Below, piece after piece: positions 1 to 8,857 of a stretch of DNA of 64,000 nt. Numbering within the stretch: the stretch's first letter is position 1; each line of letters starts with the position of its first letter. This stretch comes from Reyranellaceae bacterium (lineage in GTDB: Bacteria; Pseudomonadota; Alphaproteobacteria; Reyranellales; JAQSWP01), in the NCBI GenBank assembly GCA_050181585.1, contig JBFXDA010000003.1, positions 6,155 to 70,154 of the forward strand, given 5' to 3'. The notes under the pieces are model-generated. The model saw only the letters and a list, made by a program, of their open reading frames with translations, did not search any database and was not told the origin of the DNA. Position numbers and translations under genes: made by a program.

Positions 1-153
1 AGCGCTGCGAGAAGGCGCAATTAGCAGGACGCGCCAAGACCGATCGAAGCCGTTGTGAGATTTGCCGGGCTGGCATCAACGCAACGATCCTCGATGCACG
101 GGGCCCATTTTTATGCGAATTCAGGCGGTTGGCGCCAAGAAATGCAATTTTGT

Positions 154-166
154 TGAACCGTTTCAT
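154..166. promoter_or_regulatory. Operator-like site 1 (TGAACCGTTTCAT), about 70 nt upstream of the hyuA-like start
   Basis: Read directly: ttgtTGAACCGTTTCATAgaag. The arms TGAA/TTCA form an inverted repeat around a 4-nt core. The same 13-mer recurs at 8832-8844 (minus strand), 9608-9620 and 15559-15571 (minus strand), always between genes. Confidence 0.6.
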
Positions 167-234
167 AGAAGTGATAACGTGTTCGACGTAAATGCCGATG
201 GTGAAGCCAATTCTACAGAGAGGGGCGTAATCGA

Positions 235-2253
235 ATGCTCTGGGTGGGAGTCGACGTTGGCGGCACGTTTACGGACGGCGTGCTGTATAATAGCCAAACC
301 AAGGAATTCATGTTTGCGAAGGTGCCGTCGACGCCCGGCGATCCCGCGTCGGGGGTGATCGACGTGATCAAAGACCTCGACGTGAATATGGAGGCCATCG
401 ACCGCTTCGTGCACGGCGTGACGATCGGCACCAACACCATCCTGCAGCACCGCGGCGCCAAAGTCTGGATGATCGTCACCAAGGGTTTCGGCGACGTGCT
501 GGAGATAGCGCGTACGAATCGAGGGCATCAACTTTACGACATCAGAACCGTCAAACCGGCGCCAATCGTCCCCCGCACGCAGTCGATCGAGATCAGCGAG
601 CGAGTCGCTTATGACGGGACCGAGGTTCTGGAGCTGGACGAACGGGAGATTCGCAGAGTCCTGCGAGGATTGCCGATCGCGGAGAACGACGCCATCGCCA
701 TATGTTTCCTGCACAGCTACCTGCATCCGAAGAACGAACAGCGCGTGGCCGAGATCGTTCGCGACGAATGCCCTGGCGTCTATGTGTGCACCTCGTCGGA
801 CGTTCTGGCCCAGTTCCGCGAGTACGAGCGCTTCAATACGACTGCCCTGAATGCCTATATCGGGCCGCTCATGGCGCGGTACCTGACGAACCTCCGCAAT
901 CGCTTGGGCGAGCGAGGCTACCGGAACGGCGTCTTCATCACGACCTCCAACGGCGGATCGGCGCCAGCGGAAAGGGCCATCCGGCTGCCCATCAGCACGG
1001 TGCTGTCGGGGCCGGCGGGCGGCGTCGCCGCGGCGCTGCATCTGGGCCGCGACAACGGATTGCCGAACTTGATCACGTGCGACATGGGCGGGACGAGCAC
1101 CGACGTCTGCCTGGTCACGGATTCGGAGGCTCCGGTAACGAACGAGCAGTTCATTGGCGGTTACGCCAACCGCACGCCGCAGATCGAGATCAATGCGGTC
1201 GGCGCCGGCGGCGGCAGCATCGCCTGGCTCGATGCGGGCGACATTCTGATGGTTGGGCCGCAGAGCGCGGGAGCCAATCCGGGCCCGGCTTGCTATGGGC
1301 AAGGCGGAACGTCGCCCACGGTCACCGATGCCAATCTGGTCCTGAATCGCCTCAGCCCGGATACGTCGCTGGCCGGGCGGATCGCGCTCGACAGGAATCT
1401 GGCGCTCGAGGTCCTGCGACCCCTCGGCGCGAAACTGGGCCTCAAGGAACTGAACCTCGCGGACGGCATCGTCCAAATCGCCGTCGCGCGCATGGTCAGC
1501 GCGATCAAGCAGATCTCGATCACGCAGGGCCACGATCCGCGCGATTTCGTCCTGTGCGCGTATGGCGGCGCCGGCCCCATGCATGCGGCCTTCATCGCCG
1601 ACGAGCTGGAGATCGGCAGGATAATCGTGCCGGTCGGACCGGGCAATTTCTGCGCGCTGGGATCGATCATCTCCGACGTCCGGCGCGACTACGTCTCGAC
1701 CCGGTTGATGCAGACGCAAGGGATCGCCTTCTCGTTGGTCGAAGACACGTTCAGCCAGATGGAAGAGAAAGCCCAATCCGACCTCCTGGCGGAGGGAATA
1801 GACCATCGCGAGATCGAACTCCGAAGAGTGCTCGGGATGCGATATGTCGGCCAGAGCTGGGAGCTGGAAGTGCCGTTGCCTGGTTCGATCACATCGCTTG
1901 AAGCTCTCGACGAGGCTTTCTTCAAGATCTACCAAAGGCGCTTCGGCCAGAATATCAAGGCTCCGACCGAAATTGTGACTTTCCGGCTGGCGGCGCTGGG
2001 CCGGGGCGAGAAGCCGAAGTTCTCGAAGTGGCGCGGACTCGGCGGATTGGAAGACGCGAAGCTGGCGGAGCGCGACGTCTATTTCGGCGGTTCTTATCTG
2101 CCGACGGCGATCTACGATCGGCAGAAGCTCTCGGCCGGCGTCGAGATCAACGGTCCCGCCATCATCGAGGAGAGCGGCGCAACGACGATCGTTCCCCCCG
2201 CCTGGCGCGCAGTGGTGCAGGAATTCGGCCACCTGATGTTGGAGCGGAGATAG
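235..2253 (+). CDS. Hydantoinase/oxoprolinase family, A-type subunit (HyuA/OplA-like ATP-dependent cyclic-amide hydrolase), 672 aa
   Basis: ORF track 235..2253. The N-terminus MLWVGVDVGGTFTDGVLY is the actin-fold phosphate-binding motif typical of HyuA-type proteins. An AGAGAGGGG run lies about 9 nt upstream of the ATG. There is a 4-nt gap to the B-type partner. Confidence 0.9.
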   Translation: MLWVGVDVGGTFTDGVLYNSQTKEFMFAKVPSTPGDPASGVIDVIKDLDVNMEAIDRFVHGVTIGTNTILQHRGAKVWMIVTKGFGDVLEIARTNRGHQLYDIRTVKPAPIVPRTQSIEISERVAYDGTEVLELDEREIRRVLRGLPIAENDAIAICFLHSYLHPKNEQRVAEIVRDECPGVYVCTSSDVLAQFREYERFNTTALNAYIGPLMARYLTNLRNRLGERGYRNGVFITTSNGGSAPAERAIRLPISTVLSGPAGGVAAALHLGRDNGLPNLITCDMGGTSTDVCLVTDSEAPVTNEQFIGGYANRTPQIEINAVGAGGGSIAWLDAGDILMVGPQSAGANPGPACYGQGGTSPTVTDANLVLNRLSPDTSLAGRIALDRNLALEVLRPLGAKLGLKELNLADGIVQIAVARMVSAIKQISITQGHDPRDFVLCAYGGAGPMHAAFIADELEIGRIIVPVGPGNFCALGSIISDVRRDYVSTRLMQTQGIAFSLVEDTFSQMEEKAQSDLLAEGIDHREIELRRVLGMRYVGQSWELEVPLPGSITSLEALDEAFFKIYQRRFGQNIKAPTEIVTFRLAALGRGEKPKFSKWRGLGGLEDAKLAERDVYFGGSYLPTAIYDRQKLSAGVEINGPAIIEESGATTIVPPAWRAVVQEFGHLMLERR

Positions 2254-2257
2254 TCGC

Positions 2258-4366
2258 ATGAACGAAGCACTGCAAACTCAGGCCACCGGCGAAAGAATCA
2301 ACCCGATTACGCTGGAAGTGGTCACGGAAGCGATGATCGCCATCGTGCGGGAGATGCGCGCCACCGTCATTCGGTCGTCGTACTCTTCGGTCATTTTCGA
2401 GTTCGACGATTTCTCCTGCGCGTTGTTCGACGCCGCGGGAAACATGGTCGCGCAGTCCTGGGATCACCCGGGACACGTCCTGCCTTTGCCGTGGGGCGTG
2501 CGCTGCACGCTCGAAGACTATAAGGGCGACATCAATCCGGGAGACGTCTTTCTTCTCAACGACCCCTATCGCGGCGGCACGCATCTGAACGACGTCGCCG
2601 TGATCTATCCGGTCTTCGACGAGCACGGCAAACTGATTCTGTTCCCGGCCGTCAGGGCGCACTGGCCGGACGTCGGCGGCATGGTTCCCGGCAGCTATTC
2701 GGGCCTGTCCACCAACGTTTATCAGGAAGGGGTGCGGATACCGCCGATCAAGATCGTGGAAGGCGGCATCGAGAATCGCTCGGCCCTGACTCTGCTCATG
2801 ACCAATATGCGCGTGCCCGAGGAGAGGGAAGGCGATCTTCGCGCCGCTATCGGCGCGTGCAAGGTCGCCGAGGTGCGCATCGCGAAACTGTACAAGAAAT
2901 ATGGCGCCGCCGTCGTCAACGACTGCGTCGCGCTGCAGCTCGATCGCACGGAACGCCGACTGCGGGAGAAAATCGCTCCCCTGCCGGACGGCGATTACTA
3001 TTACGAGGACTATCTGGAGTATTTCGACGACGGGATATTCGACCCGGTCCTGGTCCGCTTCAAACTGACGGTCAAAGGCGACCAGCTGATCGCCGATTTT
3101 GCCGGATCGAACCCGCAAGTCCCCGGCGTCGTGAATTCGTCCCTTGCCGTGGCGGGCGCCGGCGTCTTCGTGGCGATCAAGGCGACGCTGGACCCTGGCG
3201 GCGCCGTCAATGAAGGAGCGTTCAGACCCATAGAACTGAGGGCGCCGGAAGGCTCGGTGGTCAACGTCCGTCTTGACGCGCCGGCGGGCGCGCATGGCGA
3301 GGTCCGCAAGCGCGGCGTATCGGTGGCGCTGGGCGCTCTGTCGCAGATCATCCCGGACCTCGTCTCGGGGGATCTGTGCGGCTCGTCCTTCCCCAATAAT
3401 TTCGGCGGCTTCAACAAGAAGCGGAATCGCCACTTCATCTACCTGGAGGCGCCGGCGGGCGGCAATGGCGGTTTGCTGGGCCAGGACGGCCCCAGCGCGA
3501 TGGTCAATGTCGACTTCGGCAATCTCCCTTCCATCCAGAATGCGGAAGTCACCGAGAGCGAGATGCCGGTTCTGGTCGAGGGCGCCTGGCTGCGCACCGA
3601 TTCGGGCGGCGAGGGCGCGGGCAGGGGCGGCCTGGGAATGCGCCGTCAGGTTCGCCTCCTGGATGGCGAGGCAAGCTACTCGGTGCTCAGCGATCGCGCG
3701 GTCATTCCGCCCTACGGGGTTTTCGGCGGTCGCAGCGGCGCTCCCTACCGGGTTTCCGTGCTCACGGGAAATCAGGAGCACATGTTCAATACGCCGGGAA
3801 AGGTCACGGGACACCCGATGGGCAAGGGCGAGGTTCTCGTCATGCAATCGTCCGGGGGCGGGGGATACGGGGACCCGCTCGAGCGGGATCCGCAAAAGGT
3901 TCGGGCGGATTTGCTGGCCGGCTACATTTCCGGGGATCGCGCCAACAACGGCTATGGCGTGCAGTTCAGGGCCGACGGAGAAGTGGACGTCGAGGCGACG
4001 CGCAAACGCCGCGCCGAACTGCAGAAGGCCAGGAAATCGTTTCGGATCCTCGCCGATAGCGAACTCGCGCCCTACGAAGGACGACGGGGCTGGCACCGGA
4101 TGGTGGATATGTCCGAGGATATGGCCAAGAGCCTGGGGGCGGCGCCTGGCCAACTGGTGGAGCTGCTGGGTCGCCACCCCGCTCCCCTGCGCGGCTGGGT
4201 CCGGATTCGGAAAGGACATCCTGCAGACACGTTGAAGATGGACGATTTCGGCATGAAGGTGCTGGGATTGCGCACCGGCGATTCGATCGAGGTGCGGGTG
4301 GTCGAAAGCCCGGTGCCGGCCGCCGTCATGGCATCGAATCCAGCCAAGCCGGCGCCGCCGTCGTAA
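2258..4366 (+). CDS. Hydantoinase B/oxoprolinase family subunit (HyuB/OplB-like) with an extra C-terminal domain of about 130 aa, 702 aa
   Basis: ORF track 2258..4366. The N-terminus INPITLEVVTEAMIAIVREMRATVIRSSYS is typical of HyuB. The gene is tightly coupled to the A subunit. The tail after about aa 565 is not part of the usual HyuB core. Confidence 0.9.
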   Translation: MNEALQTQATGERINPITLEVVTEAMIAIVREMRATVIRSSYSSVIFEFDDFSCALFDAAGNMVAQSWDHPGHVLPLPWGVRCTLEDYKGDINPGDVFLLNDPYRGGTHLNDVAVIYPVFDEHGKLILFPAVRAHWPDVGGMVPGSYSGLSTNVYQEGVRIPPIKIVEGGIENRSALTLLMTNMRVPEEREGDLRAAIGACKVAEVRIAKLYKKYGAAVVNDCVALQLDRTERRLREKIAPLPDGDYYYEDYLEYFDDGIFDPVLVRFKLTVKGDQLIADFAGSNPQVPGVVNSSLAVAGAGVFVAIKATLDPGGAVNEGAFRPIELRAPEGSVVNVRLDAPAGAHGEVRKRGVSVALGALSQIIPDLVSGDLCGSSFPNNFGGFNKKRNRHFIYLEAPAGGNGGLLGQDGPSAMVNVDFGNLPSIQNAEVTESEMPVLVEGAWLRTDSGGEGAGRGGLGMRRQVRLLDGEASYSVLSDRAVIPPYGVFGGRSGAPYRVSVLTGNQEHMFNTPGKVTGHPMGKGEVLVMQSSGGGGYGDPLERDPQKVRADLLAGYISGDRANNGYGVQFRADGEVDVEATRKRRAELQKARKSFRILADSELAPYEGRRGWHRMVDMSEDMAKSLGAAPGQLVELLGRHPAPLRGWVRIRKGHPADTLKMDDFGMKVLGLRTGDSIEVRVVESPVPAAVMASNPAKPAPPS

Positions 4367-4490
4367 AGCGATGTTTGCGCTGCCTTGCTTTGTTCGGCGG
4401 CATTCGGGTCGCGGCGGGTCGTGATCGCAAACGCGGCGGCAACAGCATCCTGCCAGCGGGGCATCCAACAGCCAAAAAAACGAGGACACC

Positions 4491-5372
4491 ATCAGTACCA
4501 CGGTCAGCGTCATAGGTTTGGGCGCCATGGGGTGCGCCATTTCGCGGGTCCTTGCCGGCGCGGGATACAAGGTCACCGCCTGGAATCGAACGCCGCGCGA
4601 TTTCTCGACGCTTTCGGCTTTGGGCATATCGCTCGCGGAGCAAGCAGTTGACGCCGTCGCGGCAAGCGACTTGGTCATTCTCATCACGTCGAACTACCCG
4701 AGCGCCCAATCGGCTCTATCCGAGGCCGCATCCCGCAAGCGCCTCGGCGGAAAGACGGTCGTGCAGCTGGTGAGCGGCAGTCCCGACGACGCCGTCCGGT
4801 TCGCCGCCTGGATAGAGGCGCAGGACGCGCTGTATCTGGATGGAGCGCTCAAGGCCAATCCCAGCGATATCGGCTCGCCATTGGGAACGTACCTGATTGC
4901 GGGTCGGGAGGACGCCTTCCACGGCGCCTCGAAGATGCTATCCGCCTTCGGCGGCCGCCTGATCCATCTGGGCGAAAAAGTCGCCCTGGCGAAGGCGTTC
5001 GATTGCGCCCTGTTCGCGAGGAACTACACATGGATGGCCGGCTACTTCGAGGGGCTGGCTTTGGCAAAAGCCAGCGGCATAGCGGCGAAGGACTATACAT
5101 CCCTGTGCTTGCTGCTGATCGACCGGGTTCGGGTCAACATCGAGCGCAGCGCCGCCCAGATTGAGAGCGACACGTATCCGCCGGCGCGGGAGGCGACGGT
5201 CGCCGTCCACGAAGCCGCGGTAAGAGCGACCCTCGACTACTCGGAAGAGCAGAAGCTGGACATGCCGGCCCTCAGGGTAGCGCAGCAATATCTGGCGAAG
5301 GCAATTGCCGCGGGATACGGGCAGCATGAACTGGCTGCGTGCTTCAAAGCGGCCTTTGCGCGAGAACCTTGA
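4491..5372 (+). CDS. NAD(P)-dependent oxidoreductase, beta-hydroxyacid / 6-phosphogluconate dehydrogenase-like
   Basis: The ORF track starts at TTG 4518 (MGAMGCAISRVLAGAGYKVTAWNRTP). The Rossmann beta1-GxGxxG element (VSVIGLGAMG) extends upstream of that codon. Between the in-frame stop at 4422 and 4518 there is no ATG, GTG, TTG or CTG. GAGGA at 4482-4486 followed by ATC at 4491 suggests a non-canonical start. The 3' end at 5372 is firm. Confidence 0.75.
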   Translation: MSTTVSVIGLGAMGCAISRVLAGAGYKVTAWNRTPRDFSTLSALGISLAEQAVDAVAASDLVILITSNYPSAQSALSEAASRKRLGGKTVVQLVSGSPDDAVRFAAWIEAQDALYLDGALKANPSDIGSPLGTYLIAGREDAFHGASKMLSAFGGRLIHLGEKVALAKAFDCALFARNYTWMAGYFEGLALAKASGIAAKDYTSLCLLLIDRVRVNIERSAAQIESDTYPPAREATVAVHEAAVRATLDYSEEQKLDMPALRVAQQYLAKAIAAGYGQHELAACFKAAFAREP

Positions 5373-5480
5373 TCCGGCGCCGCGGCTTCAACGTCGTGGC
5401 GACGGCAAAACGACTCTGTCGATGAACCGACGCCTTCCGTCCGGAGTCGACGAGCGGGAATACACGCGGGGTGGAGAAGA

Positions 5481-6785
5481 ATGAGCAATCTTTATACGCG
5501 GTCCGGGGAAATCTACGAGCGGGCGCTCAAGGTCTTTCCAGGCGGCAATACCCGCATCACCTATGTCATGACGCCGTTCGCCCCGTATGCGGCGAAAGGC
5601 GAGGGGGCGCATGTCTGGGACGCCGATGGCCAAGAATACCTCGATCTCGCCAACAACTTTTTCTCCCTTATCCACGGCCATGCCAAAGCCGAGATAGCCA
5701 ATGCCATTATCGATGTCGTGTCGTCCGGCACCGCCTTCGGGCTGCCGACGCAGCACGAAGTCCTGCTGGCAGAGGAGATATGCTGCAGATCGAGCGCATT
5801 CGAACAAATAAGATTCGTCAACAGCGGCACCGAAGCGGTCATGATGGCGATCAAGGCCGCTCGGGCATTCAGCCGGAAAACGAAGATCGCCAAGGTCGAA
5901 GGAGGCTATCACGGCTCCTACGACCACATGGAGGTCTCGCTCGATTCGTCGCCGAAGAACTGGGGAGCGGAGGAGCCTGCTTCCGTCGCCTACACGAGGG
6001 GGACCCCGCAAAGCGTCCTGGACGAAACCGTCGTGCTCCCCTTCAACGATGCGGAGCGCGCCGTATCGATCATCGAGAAGCATGCCAAGGACCTGGCGGC
6101 CGTGATCATCGACCCGATGCCGTCCCGTGTCGGGATGATTGCGGCGACGCGCGAGTTCCTGGACGCGATCCGCGACGTGACCAGACGCCACCAGATCGTG
6201 CTGATATTCGACGAAGTCATCTCGTTCCGCCTCGATATCGGCGGCGCCCATGGCCTTATGGGCGTGGAGCCCGATTTGATCGCGCTGGGAAAGATCATCG
6301 GCGGCGGGCTTCCCATCGGCGCCATAGCCGGCAAGCGCGAGGTGATGAGCGTATTCGATTGGCGTTTCGGCAAGCCATTGCTGCCGGCCGGGGGAACCTT
6401 CGCGGCAAATCCGGTGACCATGGCGGCGGGACTGGCTTCGATGCGGCTTCTCACGCCGGCCGCGCTGAGCAGGCTCAATGCGCTGGGCGAGCATTTCCGC
6501 GCCGGCATGCGGCAGATATTCGCCGCCGAAGGCGCCGCGTGGCAGGTCACGGGGGGCGGTTCCCTGTTCCGCCTGCATCCGCACACGCGGCCGGTAACGG
6601 ACTATCGCTCGAGCTATCCCACCGACGACGAGAAAAACAAGATAGACCGGCTTTACCGCGAGCTGCTGAAGCGAGGCGTACTGCTCACGCTCAATTGCTC
6701 GGGCGCCATTTCCACGCCGACGCAGGAAGCCGATATCGACCGCGTCCTGGTCGTGCTGCGGGATCTTGTCAAAGAGGGATTCTAG
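5481..6785 (+). CDS. Class-III (omega) aminotransferase, glutamate-1-semialdehyde aminomutase-like, 434 aa
   Basis: ORF track 5481..6785. It has the KVFPGGNTR N-terminal motif and the PLP-lysine context ALGKIIGGGLPIGA, both typical of the GSA-aminomutase / class-III family. Confidence 0.9.
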   Translation: MSNLYTRSGEIYERALKVFPGGNTRITYVMTPFAPYAAKGEGAHVWDADGQEYLDLANNFFSLIHGHAKAEIANAIIDVVSSGTAFGLPTQHEVLLAEEICCRSSAFEQIRFVNSGTEAVMMAIKAARAFSRKTKIAKVEGGYHGSYDHMEVSLDSSPKNWGAEEPASVAYTRGTPQSVLDETVVLPFNDAERAVSIIEKHAKDLAAVIIDPMPSRVGMIAATREFLDAIRDVTRRHQIVLIFDEVISFRLDIGGAHGLMGVEPDLIALGKIIGGGLPIGAIAGKREVMSVFDWRFGKPLLPAGGTFAANPVTMAAGLASMRLLTPAALSRLNALGEHFRAGMRQIFAAEGAAWQVTGGGSLFRLHPHTRPVTDYRSSYPTDDEKNKIDRLYRELLKRGVLLTLNCSGAISTPTQEADIDRVLVVLRDLVKEGF

Positions 6786-6882
6786 GAATCCAGCCTGGAA
6801 TGCGGATAGCCCGCCCGATCGGCCGGCCCTCGGCTGCCGTCGCCGCGGCGAACCGGAACGTCCTGTTAGGCGGAATGGAAAA

Positions 6883-7392
6883 GTGAACGATCTCCCGTAC
6901 GAGCTGCCCGATCTCGACCTCTCCGCGCCGCTGAGCAGGTTCCGCGAAACCGTCAAAAGCGAGTGGATAGACTGGAACGGCCATATGAACGTGGGGTACT
7001 ACGTCATTCTGTTCGACCGGGCCAGCAGCGTGCTGTTCGACCAGTTCGGTTGCGGTCCGGATTACGGATTGCATAAGGTCGGATTGGCGTTCGTATTGGA
7101 AGCCCATCTGACGTATGAGCGGGAGGTCAGGGCCGGCGCCACGATAGCGATAACCTCGCAGATCCTGGCTTACGATGCGAAACGCCTGCACTATTTCCAC
7201 ACGATGTACGATTCGCACGACAATTCCCGCGTCGCGACAAACGAGCTCGTGGCGATCAATATTTCCTATCACAGCCGCCGTTCGGCGCCGTGGCCGGATT
7301 TCGCCATCGACCGCATAGAAAGACTGTATTCCGCGCACGGCGCGCTCCCCCGGCCAAGCCAGGTCGGCCGCGCCGTCGGCTTGCGGCGCTAG
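6883..7392 (+). CDS. Hotdog-fold acyl-CoA thioesterase (4HBT/YbgC-like)
   Basis: ORF track 6766..7392. The conserved part begins around VKSEWIDWNGHMNVGYYVILFD. I placed the start at in-frame GTG 6883, downstream of the aminotransferase stop. The start is uncertain. Confidence 0.7.
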   Translation: MNDLPYELPDLDLSAPLSRFRETVKSEWIDWNGHMNVGYYVILFDRASSVLFDQFGCGPDYGLHKVGLAFVLEAHLTYEREVRAGATIAITSQILAYDAKRLHYFHTMYDSHDNSRVATNELVAINISYHSRRSAPWPDFAIDRIERLYSAHGALPRPSQVGRAVGLRR

Positions 7393-7475
7393 GGCCAGCA
7401 ACGAGCCGTTACGGGCTTTAAACGACTAGCCCTTCTTCGCGTGGGCGGGCGAAGGCGCGTGGGCTGCCGGAATTC

Positions 7476-8696
7476 CTACAATATGATTCTTTCCTTGCGC
7501 AGGGTTTCGATCGATCGAGGCATGTGGCCTGCCGCGCGCAGTATTTCTTCGGTATGTTCGCCCAGCATCGGCGATCGGAACCTGTGGCCGCTGGGAGTCG
7601 CCGTCATTCGAATCGGCGTGTTGGCGACACCGAAGGTCTTCTGGACCGACCCGGGATGAGCCATCTCGACGATCATCGACCGCACTTGGGCATGGAGATC
7701 CGACACGATGTCCTGCGCCGAATTGACCGGCCCGAAAGGCACGTGGCCGCCCAGCTTGTCTTTCAGCTCGTCCCGTGAATGCAGGGAGGTCCATTCGCTG
7801 ACGATGGCGAGGACTTCCTGCCGGCGGGCAAGTCGCTGCTCGTTCGTTATGAAATTCTGGTTGTTGGCCAATCCAGGCCCATCGATGATCTGGGCGAGGG
7901 TGGCCCAAAAGGGATCGGGGCAGGCGATGCTGACGAACCCGTCATTCGCGGGAAATATGCCGAACGGACAGACGAGCGGATGGTGGTTGCCTTCCGGCGC
8001 CGGATTCATCCCGGTATACGAGAACTGATGTATCAGCCTCTCGCATACGGATATGACGCTGTCGTACATCGACACGTCGACGAACTGGCCCTCGCCTGTG
8101 AGCTGGGCATGGCGATAGGCGGCCAGAACGCCGATCGCCAGGAACAGGCCGGGTATGATGTCGCCCAGGCTCGGGCCGGCCTTGCTCGGATGCGCTTCGT
8201 CGGGCCCCGATCCTCCGACCAGGCCGCCCATCGCCTGCGCAATGACGTCGAAACAAGGCCAGTCCGCATACGGACTCTTGCCCGTGCGGGGATCTCCAAA
8301 ACCGCGAACCGCGCCGTAGACGATCCGCGGATTGATCTTCTTGAAGGATTCGTACGACAAGCCCAGACGCTCCATCACGCCAGGGCGAAAGTTCTCGAGG
8401 ATCAGATCGGTGCTTTTGGCGAGGGCCAAAATCGTCTCTCGCCCTTTCTTCTCTTTCAAGTTGATGGCTATGCTCTTCTTTCCGCAATTGATGCTCTGGA
8501 AGTAGCCGCCGAATGCCGGGTTGGCGTTCGCCGGCGGAAACGGGCCCAAACGCCGGGAGCGATCGCCTTCCAGGAACTCTACTTTCAAAACCTCAGCGCC
8601 GAGGTCGGCGAAAATCATCGAACAATAGGGACCGGCAAGCATCTGGGTAAAGTCGAGGACCCGTACGCCGTGCAAAGGTCCTGGTTCTTTCAACAT
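7476..8696 (-). CDS. Family III CoA-transferase (CaiB/BaiF/Frc-like), 406 aa
   Basis: ORF track 7476..8696. It carries the N-terminal signature GVRVLDFTQMLAGPYCSMIFADLGAEVLKVE. A GGAAGGAAG Shine-Dalgarno sequence lies upstream of the ATG on the minus strand. Confidence 0.9.
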   Translation of the reverse strand: MLKEPGPLHGVRVLDFTQMLAGPYCSMIFADLGAEVLKVEFLEGDRSRRLGPFPPANANPAFGGYFQSINCGKKSIAINLKEKKGRETILALAKSTDLILENFRPGVMERLGLSYESFKKINPRIVYGAVRGFGDPRTGKSPYADWPCFDVIAQAMGGLVGGSGPDEAHPSKAGPSLGDIIPGLFLAIGVLAAYRHAQLTGEGQFVDVSMYDSVISVCERLIHQFSYTGMNPAPEGNHHPLVCPFGIFPANDGFVSIACPDPFWATLAQIIDGPGLANNQNFITNEQRLARRQEVLAIVSEWTSLHSRDELKDKLGGHVPFGPVNSAQDIVSDLHAQVRSMIVEMAHPGSVQKTFGVANTPIRMTATPSGHRFRSPMLGEHTEEILRAAGHMPRSIETLRKERIIL

Positions 8697-8828
8697 TCCG
8701 CTTCCTTCCTATAGGTATTCGCGTATGCGAACGCGTTCTCCATTGGTCAAAGCGATGGCAAGCGGCGGAATCATCGGTTCCATTCCGGCGTAAGTCCGAC
8801 TTGACATAACTATTGGCCATTTGCTCAT

Positions 8829-8857
8829 ATTATGAAACGGTTCACAAAACTTGGCAA
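8829..8857 (-). promoter_or_regulatory. Candidate sigma-70 promoter of the CoA-transferase gene, with operator site 2 in its spacer
   Basis: The minus strand reads TTGCCA-agttttgTGAACCGTTT-CATAAT. The -35 is at 8852-8857 and the -10 at 8829-8834, with a 17-nt spacer. The 13-mer TGAACCGTTTCAT (8832-8844) spans the spacer and the -10. Confidence 0.55.

Noticed and set aside
1-76. A minus-strand ORF that opens at ATG 76-74 and runs off the left edge, as a possible divergent regulator of the cluster.
   Set aside because: I did not call it as a feature. Only 25 codons are visible, there is no recognisable HTH, and the Shine-Dalgarno-like GAGGA is 11 nt from the ATG. It is mentioned under the operator finding as something to check.
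163-2259. 698-aa ORF on the minus strand, antisense to the hyuA-like gene. Similar long antisense ORFs are 2162..4687, 5388..6956, 10147..11478, 12722..14074, 15246..17063, 42018..43553 and 49278..50903.
   Set aside because: These are shadow ORFs typical of high-GC DNA. They are Arg/Ala/Gly/Asp-rich with no recognisable motifs, and the opposite-strand frames carry clear family signatures.
8801-8830. A plus-strand TTGACA-N18-TCATAT promoter-like sequence reading into the non-coding gap.
   Set aside because: Its -10 is poor (3 of 6). The same DNA gives a much better minus-strand promoter (TTGCCA-N17-CATAAT) for the CoA-transferase gene. I keep it only as a possibility if RNA-seq shows rightward transcription.
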